A DNA stretch of 64,000 bases, taken from assembly GCF_035276005.1 (NCBI RefSeq), contig NZ_DATEMB010000011.1:29175-93174 (forward strand), in the 5' to 3' direction. This document shows positions 35,134-43,876 of this stretch, one piece after another (positions within the stretch are counted from its first letter, which is position 1; each line of letters opens with the position of its first letter). The notes below the pieces were generated by a model. The model was not told the origin of the DNA and made no database searches. It saw nothing but the letters and a program-made list of their open reading frames with translations. A program made the position numbers and the translations under genes. Origin of the DNA: Rhizorhapis sp. (GTDB lineage Bacteria > Pseudomonadota > Alphaproteobacteria > Sphingomonadales > Sphingomonadaceae).

Positions 35134-36624
35134 TTAATGGTCCGTATAGTCGAGCGCTGGCTTCCGATCGCCGATCAGCGAGACATATTTGAAATCGGGG
35201 CCACGCCGTTCGTGGAATTCGGCCTTGGCGGCGGTGATCTCAGCGGGGCTCAGGAACAGTTCGGCGGCGGTCAGCGCCATCGTCTTCGCCGCCACCAGCG
35301 CGCCCTTTTCACCGATGGGAGTGCCGCTTGCCGCCGCAGCCTGCCAGCTATGAGGCATGGTTCCGCGCACAAAGCTGGCGGTGAACAACGTGGCGGTGGG
35401 CGTCACCCAGCTGACATCGCCGACATCCGATGACCCGGAATCCTTGCGTTCGGGGCCCATCGGATCGATTTGAGAGGGGTTGCTTTCCTTGATCCCAAGA
35501 TTGGGATAGGTCCCCAGTATTTGCCGGGCGAAAGCCGCTTCCTCCGGCGAGTACGCATAGCCGCCCACTCGCTCCAGGTTCCGCTGGACTATCCCGTTCA
35601 ACTTGTAGTTGGGCAGCGTGCCGTAGGTCCCCGAAACGATCTCTACATCCACCTTCGTACCGGTGGCGAGCGCCGCGCCCTCCGCCGCCTTGACGACCCG
35701 TTCCCAAATGTCCTTCACCACGGCAGTGTCGTAATGACGGACATAATAGAAGCTCTCGGCGTTGGCTGGTACGATGTTGGGCTGGCCGCCGCCCTTGGTA
35801 ATGACATAATGAATACGCGCTTCCTGCGGGATGTGTTCGCGCATGAAGTTGGTCGCAACGTCCATCACCTCCACGCCGTCGAGCGCGGAACGGCCGCGTT
35901 CGGGCGCGGCGGCGGCGTGGGACGCGACGCCCTGGAACCGGAATTTCCCGGAGATCATCGCCAGGAACCGGCTAGGGGTCGCGTTGTTGCGATCGGCAGG
36001 ATGCCAGGTCAGCGTCAGGTCGACATCCTTGAAAAACCCGTCGCGGGCCAGGTAAACCTTAGAAAAGCCGCCCTCTTCGGCCGGGGTCCCGTACAGGCGG
36101 ATGGTGCCGGACACGCCGTTTTTCTGCAGCCACTGCTTGACAGCGATCGCCGCCGTCACCGACGCCGCACCGAGCAGATTATGCCCGCAGGCATGGCCCA
36201 CATTTTTCCCCTCGACCGGACTTTCATAGGGAACCGCCGCCTGCGCGATCCCGGGCAAGGCGTCATATTCGGCCAGGAGGGCAATGACCGGCCCGCCCGA
36301 CCCCGCCTCGGCGATGAAGGCCGTCGGCATGCCATCGACACCGGGTGTCACACGGAAGCCCGCCGCCTTCAGTTCCTGCTGCAGGAGTGCGCTGCTCTTT
36401 GTTTCCTTGAAACCGATTTCGGCCAGCGACCAGACATCTCGTGACATTTTGCCGAGCTTGGGTTCGAGCGCGGAGATGATCGGCAGGACGGTGGCCGCCC
36501 GCAGTTGGGCCGCTTCACTGGCAACGGCGGCTTGCGCACTGGGGGAAACTGGCTCCTGCGCCAGCACCGGACTGGTCAGTCCTGCCAACAGCAGCGCTAG
36601 AATGGAAGTTCCTGGATGGATCAT
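35134..36624 (-). CDS. secreted M20 family amidohydrolase (AbgB-like)
   Basis: The preferred start ATG 36624 gives MIHPGTSILALLLAGLTSPVLAQEP (signal peptide). The core contains LLAEYDALPGI, HACGHNLLG and YGTPAEEGG. The track start at 36777 overlaps the TBDR gene. Confidence 0.82.
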   Translation of the reverse strand: MIHPGTSILALLLAGLTSPVLAQEPVSPSAQAAVASEAAQLRAATVLPIISALEPKLGKMSRDVWSLAEIGFKETKSSALLQQELKAAGFRVTPGVDGMPTAFIAEAGSGGPVIALLAEYDALPGIAQAAVPYESPVEGKNVGHACGHNLLGAASVTAAIAVKQWLQKNGVSGTIRLYGTPAEEGGFSKVYLARDGFFKDVDLTLTWHPADRNNATPSRFLAMISGKFRFQGVASHAAAAPERGRSALDGVEVMDVATNFMREHIPQEARIHYVITKGGGQPNIVPANAESFYYVRHYDTAVVKDIWERVVKAAEGAALATGTKVDVEIVSGTYGTLPNYKLNGIVQRNLERVGGYAYSPEEAAFARQILGTYPNLGIKESNPSQIDPMGPERKDSGSSDVGDVSWVTPTATLFTASFVRGTMPHSWQAAAASGTPIGEKGALVAAKTMALTAAELFLSPAEITAAKAEFHERRGPDFKYVSLIGDRKPALDYTDH

Positions 36625-36635
36625 TGCAATGTACC

Positions 36636-38921
36636 TTAGATGCCGAATTTTAGATTGATGCCGATAGTGCGCGGGGAGATTGTCGTGACTTCCTCGACAT
36701 TGCTGCCCACCGCGACGCCGGCGGTCGTCCGGCCGCGAACGTCGAACAGATTTGTCGCAAAAAGATAGACGCCCCAATTATCTTTGCTGACGCCCGCGCG
36801 CGCGCCGACCTCGGCATAGTCGCCCATGCGCCGATAGGAGGGCGAGTTCGGGCGGAAGTCTCCATAGGAGCGGCCGACATAGCTAATGTCGCTCCGGACC
36901 AGCGCCTTCAGTCCACCGGCATCCCATTCATATTGGGCTGCGGCGGAAAAGCCGGTCTTGGCAATCTGCGGAATGCGGTCGCCCTTGCGTCCGCTGGCGA
37001 TCACCAGGTCGTTGATCTGATCGGAGGTCAGCTTGGCCGACAACAGGTTGACATTGGCGGACAACTGCACGCCCCGAACTGGCAGCGCGACCGCTTCGAT
37101 TTCGACGCCCTTGACCCGCGCATCGCCGGCATTGGTCAGGAAGAGGAAGGTGCCGCTGTTGCCGGTGACCTGAAGATTTTTCCAGTCCGTGACATAGCCG
37201 GTCAGGTTGAACAGGAGCCGGCCGTTCAGAAGTGTGGTCTTCGCGCCCGCCTCATAAGTCCACAGCTTATCAGACTGATAGGGCGTGAAAGAACTGGGCA
37301 GGCCGATGACCTGATTGGCGCCGCCCGGTCGGAAACCTGATGCTGCCTGCGCATAAACGAGAATGCCGGGAGAGGGCTGATAGGCCACATTGGCCTTGTA
37401 GAGCAGGCCGTTCTCCTTCGTTCCGCGAACCGTCCAAGGCTGAACGGCGAAATTGATGAGGTCAAAGCCCTTCATGATTTCACCGGCCACGGTCCGGCGA
37501 TAATCATAATATCGGATGCCGCCGGTCACGGTAAGGCCATCGAGCGGACGGACGGACATTTCCCCAAAGCCCGCCACCTGTTTCAGCCGGTCGCGTACCT
37601 GCCGCTTGAAATCCAGGGGAGCATCTTCGCGCAGATCACCCGAGTCATCGACCAGAATGCCGCTGGATCCCACCCAGGAACTGCGCCGCGACCAATAGGC
37701 GCCCACTGTCCAGCTTAGGAAACCATTTCCTTTGGATTGCAGGCGCACCTCGCCGCTGCCGTTCTTCATCGTTTGCGGGGAAACATAGGCTAGCGGCGTC
37801 ACCGAATCGACATAGGCGTTGAAGTCTTGCATGCCCTGCGGCGTGTCGCAGGCCGCCGCCGTGAAGTGGCGCCTGCAAAAGGCCGGGTTATCAAAGGCAG
37901 TCAGCAGGAAATGATTGGGGTCCCGGCGAAACGAACTGTCCCGGTCCTGATAGGATCCCGTGATGACCAGATCGGCAAATCCCAGATCGGCGTTGGCCGT
38001 CCCGGTATAAAGACGGTTCTTATCCTGGAAATTGAGCTTGGCAAGGCTGGCCGAGACGAACCGTCCTGAAGCCGGCGCCCAAACCGGGTTCGCCCCTGTA
38101 GCATCATAATAATGGAACCCAAAATCAAGGGTCAGCCAATCGGTGGGCTTGGCCCGCAGGAGCAGACGCGTGCCTTCGGTTTCTTCCCGGTTGATGTTTT
38201 CGTTGCCAAGGCCCGGATTGTCGATCCAGCCTGCATTCTTCCGGCGGAAATAGACGGCGCGCAGGGCCAGCCGGTCGTCGACCACCGGCACGTTGACCAT
38301 TGCGTTTACCTGGTAATTTTCGCCTGCATAATGGGTCGTTGAACCGACGAGATCGGCGCCCGCAGCGAACTGACCGTCGGGCTTTTTATAGATGACGCGA
38401 ACGGTACCGCCCATCGAGCTGGCGCCGTAGAGCGTCCCCTGCGGTCCGCGCAGAACCTCAATGCGTTCGACGTCGAACAGTTGTAGGTCGCCCTGATTGC
38501 CTCCAGAATCGCTGGTCGTGCCCGGTGCGCCGGCAAGCGGCGCTTCGTCATAATAGATTGCGACCTGCGCCTCGCCAGGAGAACGGATCCCGCGCAGCGA
38601 CACGCGGCGCTGTCCCGGACCATTATCCGTGATCACAAGGCCCGGCACGACTTTCGCCAGGTCGTTGAGGCCGTATATGGCGGCGTTTTCGAGCGTCGAT
38701 CCGGTCAGAGCGTTGATGCTGGCCGGGGTCTCCTGCAAACGCGTTTCACGCTTCTGCGCGGTCACCGTGATATCGCCATAGCCTTCATCCTGTGCGACCT
38801 GCTCGCCCTGCTGGGGTGGAGCATAATTGGCGTCGTTGGCTGTCGCTGGCGTCGCCGCGATCAGGGCAAACAGAGGGGACAGGGAACAATACTGTGCCGT
38901 TTTCTTCTTTAGATTTTTCAT
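36636..38921 (-). CDS. TonB-dependent receptor
   Basis: 761 aa with a signal peptide. It has a plug region (ITVTAQKRETRLQETPASINALTG, RGIRSPGE, VERIEVLRGPQGTLYGASSMGGTVRV) and a long barrel. Confidence 0.92.
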   Translation of the reverse strand: MKNLKKKTAQYCSLSPLFALIAATPATANDANYAPPQQGEQVAQDEGYGDITVTAQKRETRLQETPASINALTGSTLENAAIYGLNDLAKVVPGLVITDNGPGQRRVSLRGIRSPGEAQVAIYYDEAPLAGAPGTTSDSGGNQGDLQLFDVERIEVLRGPQGTLYGASSMGGTVRVIYKKPDGQFAAGADLVGSTTHYAGENYQVNAMVNVPVVDDRLALRAVYFRRKNAGWIDNPGLGNENINREETEGTRLLLRAKPTDWLTLDFGFHYYDATGANPVWAPASGRFVSASLAKLNFQDKNRLYTGTANADLGFADLVITGSYQDRDSSFRRDPNHFLLTAFDNPAFCRRHFTAAACDTPQGMQDFNAYVDSVTPLAYVSPQTMKNGSGEVRLQSKGNGFLSWTVGAYWSRRSSWVGSSGILVDDSGDLREDAPLDFKRQVRDRLKQVAGFGEMSVRPLDGLTVTGGIRYYDYRRTVAGEIMKGFDLINFAVQPWTVRGTKENGLLYKANVAYQPSPGILVYAQAASGFRPGGANQVIGLPSSFTPYQSDKLWTYEAGAKTTLLNGRLLFNLTGYVTDWKNLQVTGNSGTFLFLTNAGDARVKGVEIEAVALPVRGVQLSANVNLLSAKLTSDQINDLVIASGRKGDRIPQIAKTGFSAAAQYEWDAGGLKALVRSDISYVGRSYGDFRPNSPSYRRMGDYAEVGARAGVSKDNWGVYLFATNLFDVRGRTTAGVAVGSNVEEVTTISPRTIGINLKFGI

Positions 38922-38961
38922 CGGAATTTCCGGGGAAAGTGGTCAAAGGAAATTGTCTACT

Positions 38962-38980
38962 AAAATGATAGAAATTATCA
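38962..38980 (-). promoter_or_regulatory. candidate Fur-box-like operator overlapping a TTGACT -35 upstream of the TBDR gene
   Basis: The minus strand reads TTGACTGATAATTTCTATCATTTTA. GATAATTTCTATCATTTTA matches 13 of 19 positions of the classical GATAATGATAATCATTATC box by my hand alignment. TGATA..TATCA forms a dyad. Confidence 0.3.
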
Positions 38981-39107
38981 GTCAAGCTGGGATCGTTGCT
39001 CACCCGTAAAAAATATGCTGTCGATTATCAGTGATTTGGGGCGTCGCATCCCATGGCATATCGCGCGCTCTTGCAGGAAAGCGGCGGGGTATCCGGGCCG
39101 GACATTG

Positions 39108-39409
39108 CAGCAGGATCGCATGCGCTGCCCCGCCGAAGCCTATGTCCCCTCTCCACGGACCTATGAGAGCCTACCCGAGCTGGAATACCCCTTCTGTGAC
39201 CGCGACATCCTCGTCACCGCCTGCGGCCGCATCTGCATGCAACATCTCAACCGTGCTCGCCGGTCAAAAACTCAGAAATCAAGGAGGTCGACGATGGCGT
39301 CTGGCTCATAAGCTTCATGCAATACGACCTGGGATATATCGACCTGGAGCAGAAAACATTGCAGACTATCGACAATCCGTTCGGCACAAGATTGTCACCC
39401 ATGTCTTAG
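39108..39409 (+). pseudogene. C-terminal remnant of an rve-type (IS481-like) integrase/transposase
   Basis: Three frames together read ...RCPAEAYVPSPRTYESLPELEYPFCDRDILVTACGRICMQH / ISTVLAGQKL / IKEVDDGVWLISFMQYDLGYIDLEQKTLQTIDNPFGTRLSPMS*. This is the conserved tail of a DDE integrase family I recognise from alphaproteobacterial IS elements. There are at least two frameshifts and the catalytic part is missing. Confidence 0.65.
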
Positions 39410-39453
39410 GTACAATCCGTTACCTATGTCTCCGGGCCGGACATCGGAAAGTA

Positions 39454-39530
39454 TGGCGACCCCGGCAGGATTCGAACCTGCGACCATTCGCTTAGAAGGC
39501 GAATGCTCTATCCAGCTGAGCTACGGGGCC
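39454..39530 (-). tRNA. tRNA-Arg (anticodon UCU)
   Basis: The reverse complement GGCCCCGTAGCTCAGCTGGATAGAGCATTCGCCTTCTAAGCGAATGGTCGCAGGTTCGAATCCTGCCGGGGTCGCCA folds as a cloverleaf. The anticodon loop is CUUCUAA and CCA is encoded. Confidence 0.93.
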
Positions 39531-39597
39531 CCGGTTAAATGGTCAGGCGCGGCATAGCGCGGATTGCAAAGCGTGGAAACCGGGATATTGATCGGCC

Positions 39598-40347
39598 ATG
39601 GCCGAAAATCCCTCTCCCTCGCTCCAAGCCCTTGATGCTGCTGCCATCGGGGGGCGGCATTTCCGCTATTATGACTTTGTCATGGCGGCGTTCGTCACGG
39701 TGTTGCTGCTTTCCAATGTGCTGGGGGCAGGCAAGCGGGCGATTGTCGACTTGCCGGCAATTGGACCATGGCCCTTCGGGGCGGGGATCCTTTTCTTTCC
39801 GGTCAGCTACATCATCGGGGACGTGCTGACGGAGGTCTATGGCTTTGCAAGGGCCCGGCGTTGCATCTGGGCAGGCTTTGGCGCGACACTGTTCATGGCG
39901 GCCATGAGCTATGTCGTGGTGGCGCTTCCCCCGGCGCCGGGCTGGGAGGGGCAGAGCGCCTATGAATCCGTCTTCGGCCAGGTGCCGCGGATCGTGTTCG
40001 CCTCCATCACGGCCTTCTGGGTAGGCGAATTTGCGAACAGTTTCGTGATGGCCCGGATGAAATTATGGACTAATGGAAAATATCTATGGACCCGGACCAT
40101 TGGGTCAACGATTGTAGGCCAGGGCTTTGACAGTCTGATCTTCTATCCGCTCGCCTTTTATGGTGCGCCGGACTGGCCAGCTGACCAGATCCTGATGGTC
40201 ATGGCAAGCCAGTTCATCCTGAAGACCGGCTGGGAAGCGGCGCTGACGCCTGTCACCTATGCAGTGGTGGGCGCGTTGAAACGCCGGGAGGGTGTCGATG
40301 TGTTCGACAGAGGCACAGATTTTACACCCTTCAGGACGAAAGTATGA
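39598..40347 (+). CDS. yhhQ: queuosine precursor transporter (YhhQ/DUF165 family)
   Basis: 249 aa membrane protein containing FFPVSYIIGDVLTEVYGFARARRCIWAGF and TIGSTIVGQGFDSLIFYPLAF. Confidence 0.85.
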   Translation: MAENPSPSLQALDAAAIGGRHFRYYDFVMAAFVTVLLLSNVLGAGKRAIVDLPAIGPWPFGAGILFFPVSYIIGDVLTEVYGFARARRCIWAGFGATLFMAAMSYVVVALPPAPGWEGQSAYESVFGQVPRIVFASITAFWVGEFANSFVMARMKLWTNGKYLWTRTIGSTIVGQGFDSLIFYPLAFYGAPDWPADQILMVMASQFILKTGWEAALTPVTYAVVGALKRREGVDVFDRGTDFTPFRTKV

Positions 40348-40350
40348 GGC

Positions 40351-40719
40351 ATGATCCTGTCCGAAATCGCGACCATTTGGGGGCCGATCAAGCAGGCTTT
40401 TGAAAAGAGCATCCACCTGTCCCCCGACGCCGTGCATATCCATGTTGGCGTCGGCCTTCTCTTCTTTTTCGCATTCATTTTCCGCAAGCCGCTGCACGAC
40501 TGGCGGCCGTGGATGGCGGTGTTCCTGCTAGAGGGGATCAACGAGATCATCGACCTCAATCAAAAATTCGGCAGCACTGAGAATAATGCGGCGGAATCCT
40601 TGCACGACCTGGTCAACACGCTGTTTCTGCCGACTTTGCTGGTGCTTTACTACCGATTCCGGCATCGGCGGGAGTTGGCTGCCATGGAAAGGCGGGCGCA
40701 ACAGCAGCCTGCGGAATAG
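40351..40719 (+). CDS. small membrane protein, unknown function
   Basis: 122 aa with 3 hydrophobic segments. It starts 3 nt after the yhhQ stop. No family was recognised. Confidence 0.5.
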   Translation: MILSEIATIWGPIKQAFEKSIHLSPDAVHIHVGVGLLFFFAFIFRKPLHDWRPWMAVFLLEGINEIIDLNQKFGSTENNAAESLHDLVNTLFLPTLLVLYYRFRHRRELAAMERRAQQQPAE

Positions 40720-40788
40720 CGTCACCCGCGATCCCGCGGTTCCTGCTGGTCTGGCGGATTTCAGGCGATGCGGGGCCCTGAATAGGCT

Positions 40789-41388
40789 TCAGGCGAGAAA
40801 AGAGCCACGGCGACCTGTGCCGCTTTTTGTGCCGAGGCTGTCCTGCACATTGCTGTGAGCAGTCAGCCGAAGGGCTTCTGTGAGTTCAGCCCGGGCAGAA
40901 TCGAGCAAAAGGCATAAAGTTGGGGCGAGGGCCTGCAGGGCCGCGCATGCATTGGCTCCCAACGCAAGCTGGGCTTCATGCTTTCCTGCTCTTGAGCCAT
41001 TTTCCGAGGATGGCGCATCCTCGGACGATGCCGGGCTGCCCTGGAACAATTTCTCGAAAAGGTGGTCGAGCTGTGTTTCTGCCTTTCGGGTCAGAAGCAC
41101 GAGTATCCGCCTTTTGTCCTTTGGATCCGGTTCCCGCAACACAAGGTCCTGCTTAACCAGAATGTCGATCCAGCGGAGCGCCGTGCTTGCCGGCACAGCG
41201 GCGGCCACGCACAAGCTGGAGACCGAAATCACCCGGCCCTTTCTGAGCGCTACATAGAGATCGAGCAGCATGTCCCAGCAAGGGTCGGCAAAGAGATGTT
41301 TGCCGAAGATTTTTTCGCGCTCGCGGCGCATCCGCAGCATCTGTTCGGCCCAGGCCAGGCCCGGGCTGTCCGCTGTATTCGTCACCAC
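40789..41388 (-). CDS. winged-helix (MarR-like) DNA-binding protein
   Basis: FADPCWDMLLDLYVALRKGRVISVSSLCVAAAVPASTALRWIDILVKQDLVLREPDPKDKRRILVLLTRKA shows a wHTH pattern. The C-terminal tail is low-complexity. Confidence 0.6.
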   Translation of the reverse strand: MVTNTADSPGLAWAEQMLRMRREREKIFGKHLFADPCWDMLLDLYVALRKGRVISVSSLCVAAAVPASTALRWIDILVKQDLVLREPDPKDKRRILVLLTRKAETQLDHLFEKLFQGSPASSEDAPSSENGSRAGKHEAQLALGANACAALQALAPTLCLLLDSARAELTEALRLTAHSNVQDSLGTKSGTGRRGSFLA

Positions 41389-41461
41389 TTTCTTTCCCTT
41401 CGGGGTCAGACTTATGCGGATCGCGTAACCGCTGCATTGCCCGTTTTGGGGGAATTGACAT

Positions 41462-42235
41462 TCATTTCAGCACATCCGCGAGGGCGATTTGCCCCTCAAA
41501 AATGGCTCTCGTCACCAATTGAATGCGCTTGGGTACGTCATAATGAGCCCGTGCTAGAGCAAGGTGCCTTTTCACGGTTTCTTCGGAAATACCCAGGATT
41601 CGGCCGATTTCCCAATCGGATTTGCCTCGGGCCACTAGCGTTACGCATTGAAGCTGCCTTTCGCTGAGCGGCCGCTGCTGCCCAAGGGACGAAGACTGGG
41701 CAGAGAGGACCAGCTTGCGTGCCGCCTGGAAGGCGAAGGAGCCGACAAGCTGCGCCAGCGGCAGATTACGGACAGGCAAAGCGCGGCCGGTTCTTACGGC
41801 AAAGGCGCACGATCCGTTCGCTTCTCCGGGGATATTCACAGGAATGGTGAATCCCTGAGCAACTCCCGCTCGCCGCGAGTCTTCCATAATGGCATGATGT
41901 ACCGGCGTTACCTTTATGAGCTGCCCCATATCTTCCCAGACGAAGCCCACGCTGGTGCGCTGACTGGCAAGAAGAACCGGGTCATTGGCGACAATGTTGC
42001 GTTCCACATAGGTTTCGATCCAGCTTTCAGGATAATTGGACAGGGCCAGAAGCCCGCCATCGGCCATATGCTGAAGGTCCATGGAGTATCTGGACAGATC
42101 CACATGGTGGATAAGCGCATAATAGTTGAACCCGAGTTCCTTCGTCACATCGACCATCAGGGATTCAAGTTCTCTATAATGTGTAACACGGCTAGATTTT
42201 TCTATGAATGTCGTGACATCATTCAGATCATTCAT
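41462..42235 (-). CDS. LuxR-family regulator (autoinducer-binding-type N-domain plus GerE HTH); no luxI nearby
   Basis: The N-terminal domain contains FNYYALIHHVDL and GFTIPVNIPGEANGSCAF. The C-terminal domain is LSERQLQCVTLVARGKSDWEIGRILGISEETVKRHL. Confidence 0.8.
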   Translation of the reverse strand: MNDLNDVTTFIEKSSRVTHYRELESLMVDVTKELGFNYYALIHHVDLSRYSMDLQHMADGGLLALSNYPESWIETYVERNIVANDPVLLASQRTSVGFVWEDMGQLIKVTPVHHAIMEDSRRAGVAQGFTIPVNIPGEANGSCAFAVRTGRALPVRNLPLAQLVGSFAFQAARKLVLSAQSSSLGQQRPLSERQLQCVTLVARGKSDWEIGRILGISEETVKRHLALARAHYDVPKRIQLVTRAIFEGQIALADVLK

Positions 42236-42351
42236 GGCAGGAAATTCTTTTGAACATTGTCCAAAAGGCTATTTAGCAAAAGTTATGCTGTCAATATGAT
42301 CGGTGTCTTCATTCACTCCTTGCTTACCCTTTTCTGTTACATCCCTGCGTC

Positions 42352-43650
42352 ATGGACGCGCCAAACCATCATCTGAAATCCGATCTCTGCCCCCCTTCTG
42401 CGGTGAGCCATGGAGTGGGCATTGCCGGTCTTGTCGGTCTCATGCTCTGGGTGGCCGTGGCGCTGCATTTCGGGATGGACGGATCCTATGCAGGCATGGC
42501 CGGGGTTTTGGCCTGCGGCGTGCCGATGGTGCTGTGGTCGCTTCTTATGGACAAGGTGCATTTGCGGCCCTCGACTGGAATCGATTGGAAGAACCCCAAG
42601 CCGCTCAGGGAGACGCTGGACATCAGCCTGGTAAAGATTGCGGGCTTATGGGCGACATGGGCGGGGATTGCGATCCTTTACTGCCTCGCACGCTGGTACT
42701 GGGATGGCGGTTACCGGTTCGCGATGGACATGTTCGCCGCCGCCGCGCCATGGCTGTTCATATTGTCCATTCCCTATGTGATCTGGCTCGACCGCCGCAT
42801 GATAGAGCCGCGCGACGGCGCCTATGCCTTTGGGCAGCTCGTGGTGGGAGGAGCCGGGCGGCCGGACCGGGGCGCTGTGAAGAACCATCTGCGAAGCTGG
42901 CTGGTGAAGGGCTTTTTCCTGGCGTTCATGCTGTCCATCGTGCCGGGAAATTTTGCCGACATGATACATGTGGGGAGCGCCGGCATTTTTGCGGGTCCCG
43001 TGGAGCTTGCCCGGTTCCTGATCGCGCTGATGTTTGTCGTTGACGTCGCCTTTGCGACCGTCGGTTATTTGCTGACAATGAAGCCGCTGGATGCGCATAT
43101 CCGAACAGCCGAGCCGACCATGGCGGGCTGGGTGGCTGCGCTCATCTGCTACCCGCCCTTCGTGCTTATGAACAATGGCGGTCCGCTCGACTATCATTCC
43201 GGCACACAGGATTGGAGCGTCTGGTTTGCTGGGCACCCGGTGCTGCTGTGGGTGGCGGGCGCGGTGCTGGTGGCGCTGACGGCCATCTATGCCTGGGCGA
43301 CCGTGGCGTTCGGCTTGCGCTTTTCCAACCTGACGCATCGGGGAATTCTGACCCATGGGCCCTATCGCTGGAGCAAGCATCCGGCCTATCTGTCGAAGAA
43401 TTTGTTCTGGTGGCTTTCAACGCTGCCTTTCCTGGTCACCAATGGAAGCCTGACGGACATGGTGCGGAACACCGCCCTGCTGGCTGTTGTGAGCGGAGTC
43501 TATTATTGGCGCGCACGCACGGAGGAGGCTCATCTGTCGGCCGATCCCGACTATGTCGCCTATGCCGAATGGATGGAGCGGAACGGCCCCGTGCCGAAAT
43601 TGGTCGCCTGGCTGACGGGGCGGAAGCGCGAGTTGGCAGCAGCGGAGTAG
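42352..43650 (+). CDS. polytopic membrane protein with C-terminal ICMT/PEMT-like methyltransferase domain
   Basis: 432 aa with about 9 hydrophobic helices. The C-terminal part has RFSNLTHRGILTHGPYRWSKHPAYLSKNLFWW, resembling the ICMT/phospholipid methyltransferase motif, and ARTEEAHL. Confidence 0.65.
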   Translation: MDAPNHHLKSDLCPPSAVSHGVGIAGLVGLMLWVAVALHFGMDGSYAGMAGVLACGVPMVLWSLLMDKVHLRPSTGIDWKNPKPLRETLDISLVKIAGLWATWAGIAILYCLARWYWDGGYRFAMDMFAAAAPWLFILSIPYVIWLDRRMIEPRDGAYAFGQLVVGGAGRPDRGAVKNHLRSWLVKGFFLAFMLSIVPGNFADMIHVGSAGIFAGPVELARFLIALMFVVDVAFATVGYLLTMKPLDAHIRTAEPTMAGWVAALICYPPFVLMNNGGPLDYHSGTQDWSVWFAGHPVLLWVAGAVLVALTAIYAWATVAFGLRFSNLTHRGILTHGPYRWSKHPAYLSKNLFWWLSTLPFLVTNGSLTDMVRNTALLAVVSGVYYWRARTEEAHLSADPDYVAYAEWMERNGPVPKLVAWLTGRKRELAAAE

Positions 43651-43764
43651 GTGCATGCAGACGCGGAACTGGTGTACCGGGCATTGCAGCGGCGAGCCTG
43701 AAATCAAATCGCGGGCGGTGCTTATCTAAGCCTTATACCGAGGGGCCCTGACCCGGCCTAAGCG

Positions 43765-43791
43765 TATCTCGACTTCGCTCGACACGAACGG
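43765..43791. repeat. 27-nt repeat unit (reverse complement ccgttcgtgtcgagcgaagtcgagata)
   Basis: Matches 46120-46146 at 24 of 27 positions in inverted orientation. It lies in a repeat-rich spacer downstream of gshA. Confidence 0.75.
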
Positions 43792-43876
43792 AAAATACTG
43801 GGCTGACAGGCTCAGCCCCAACGCAGGGAGGAGTGATCGCCATTTGCCGGCCACTATAGGCGCGGGAGATTGAAAA

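Noticed and set aside
39031-39495. 154-aa ORF
   Set aside because: It runs across the integrase remnant in the wrong frame and into the tRNA-Arg gene. It is an artefact.
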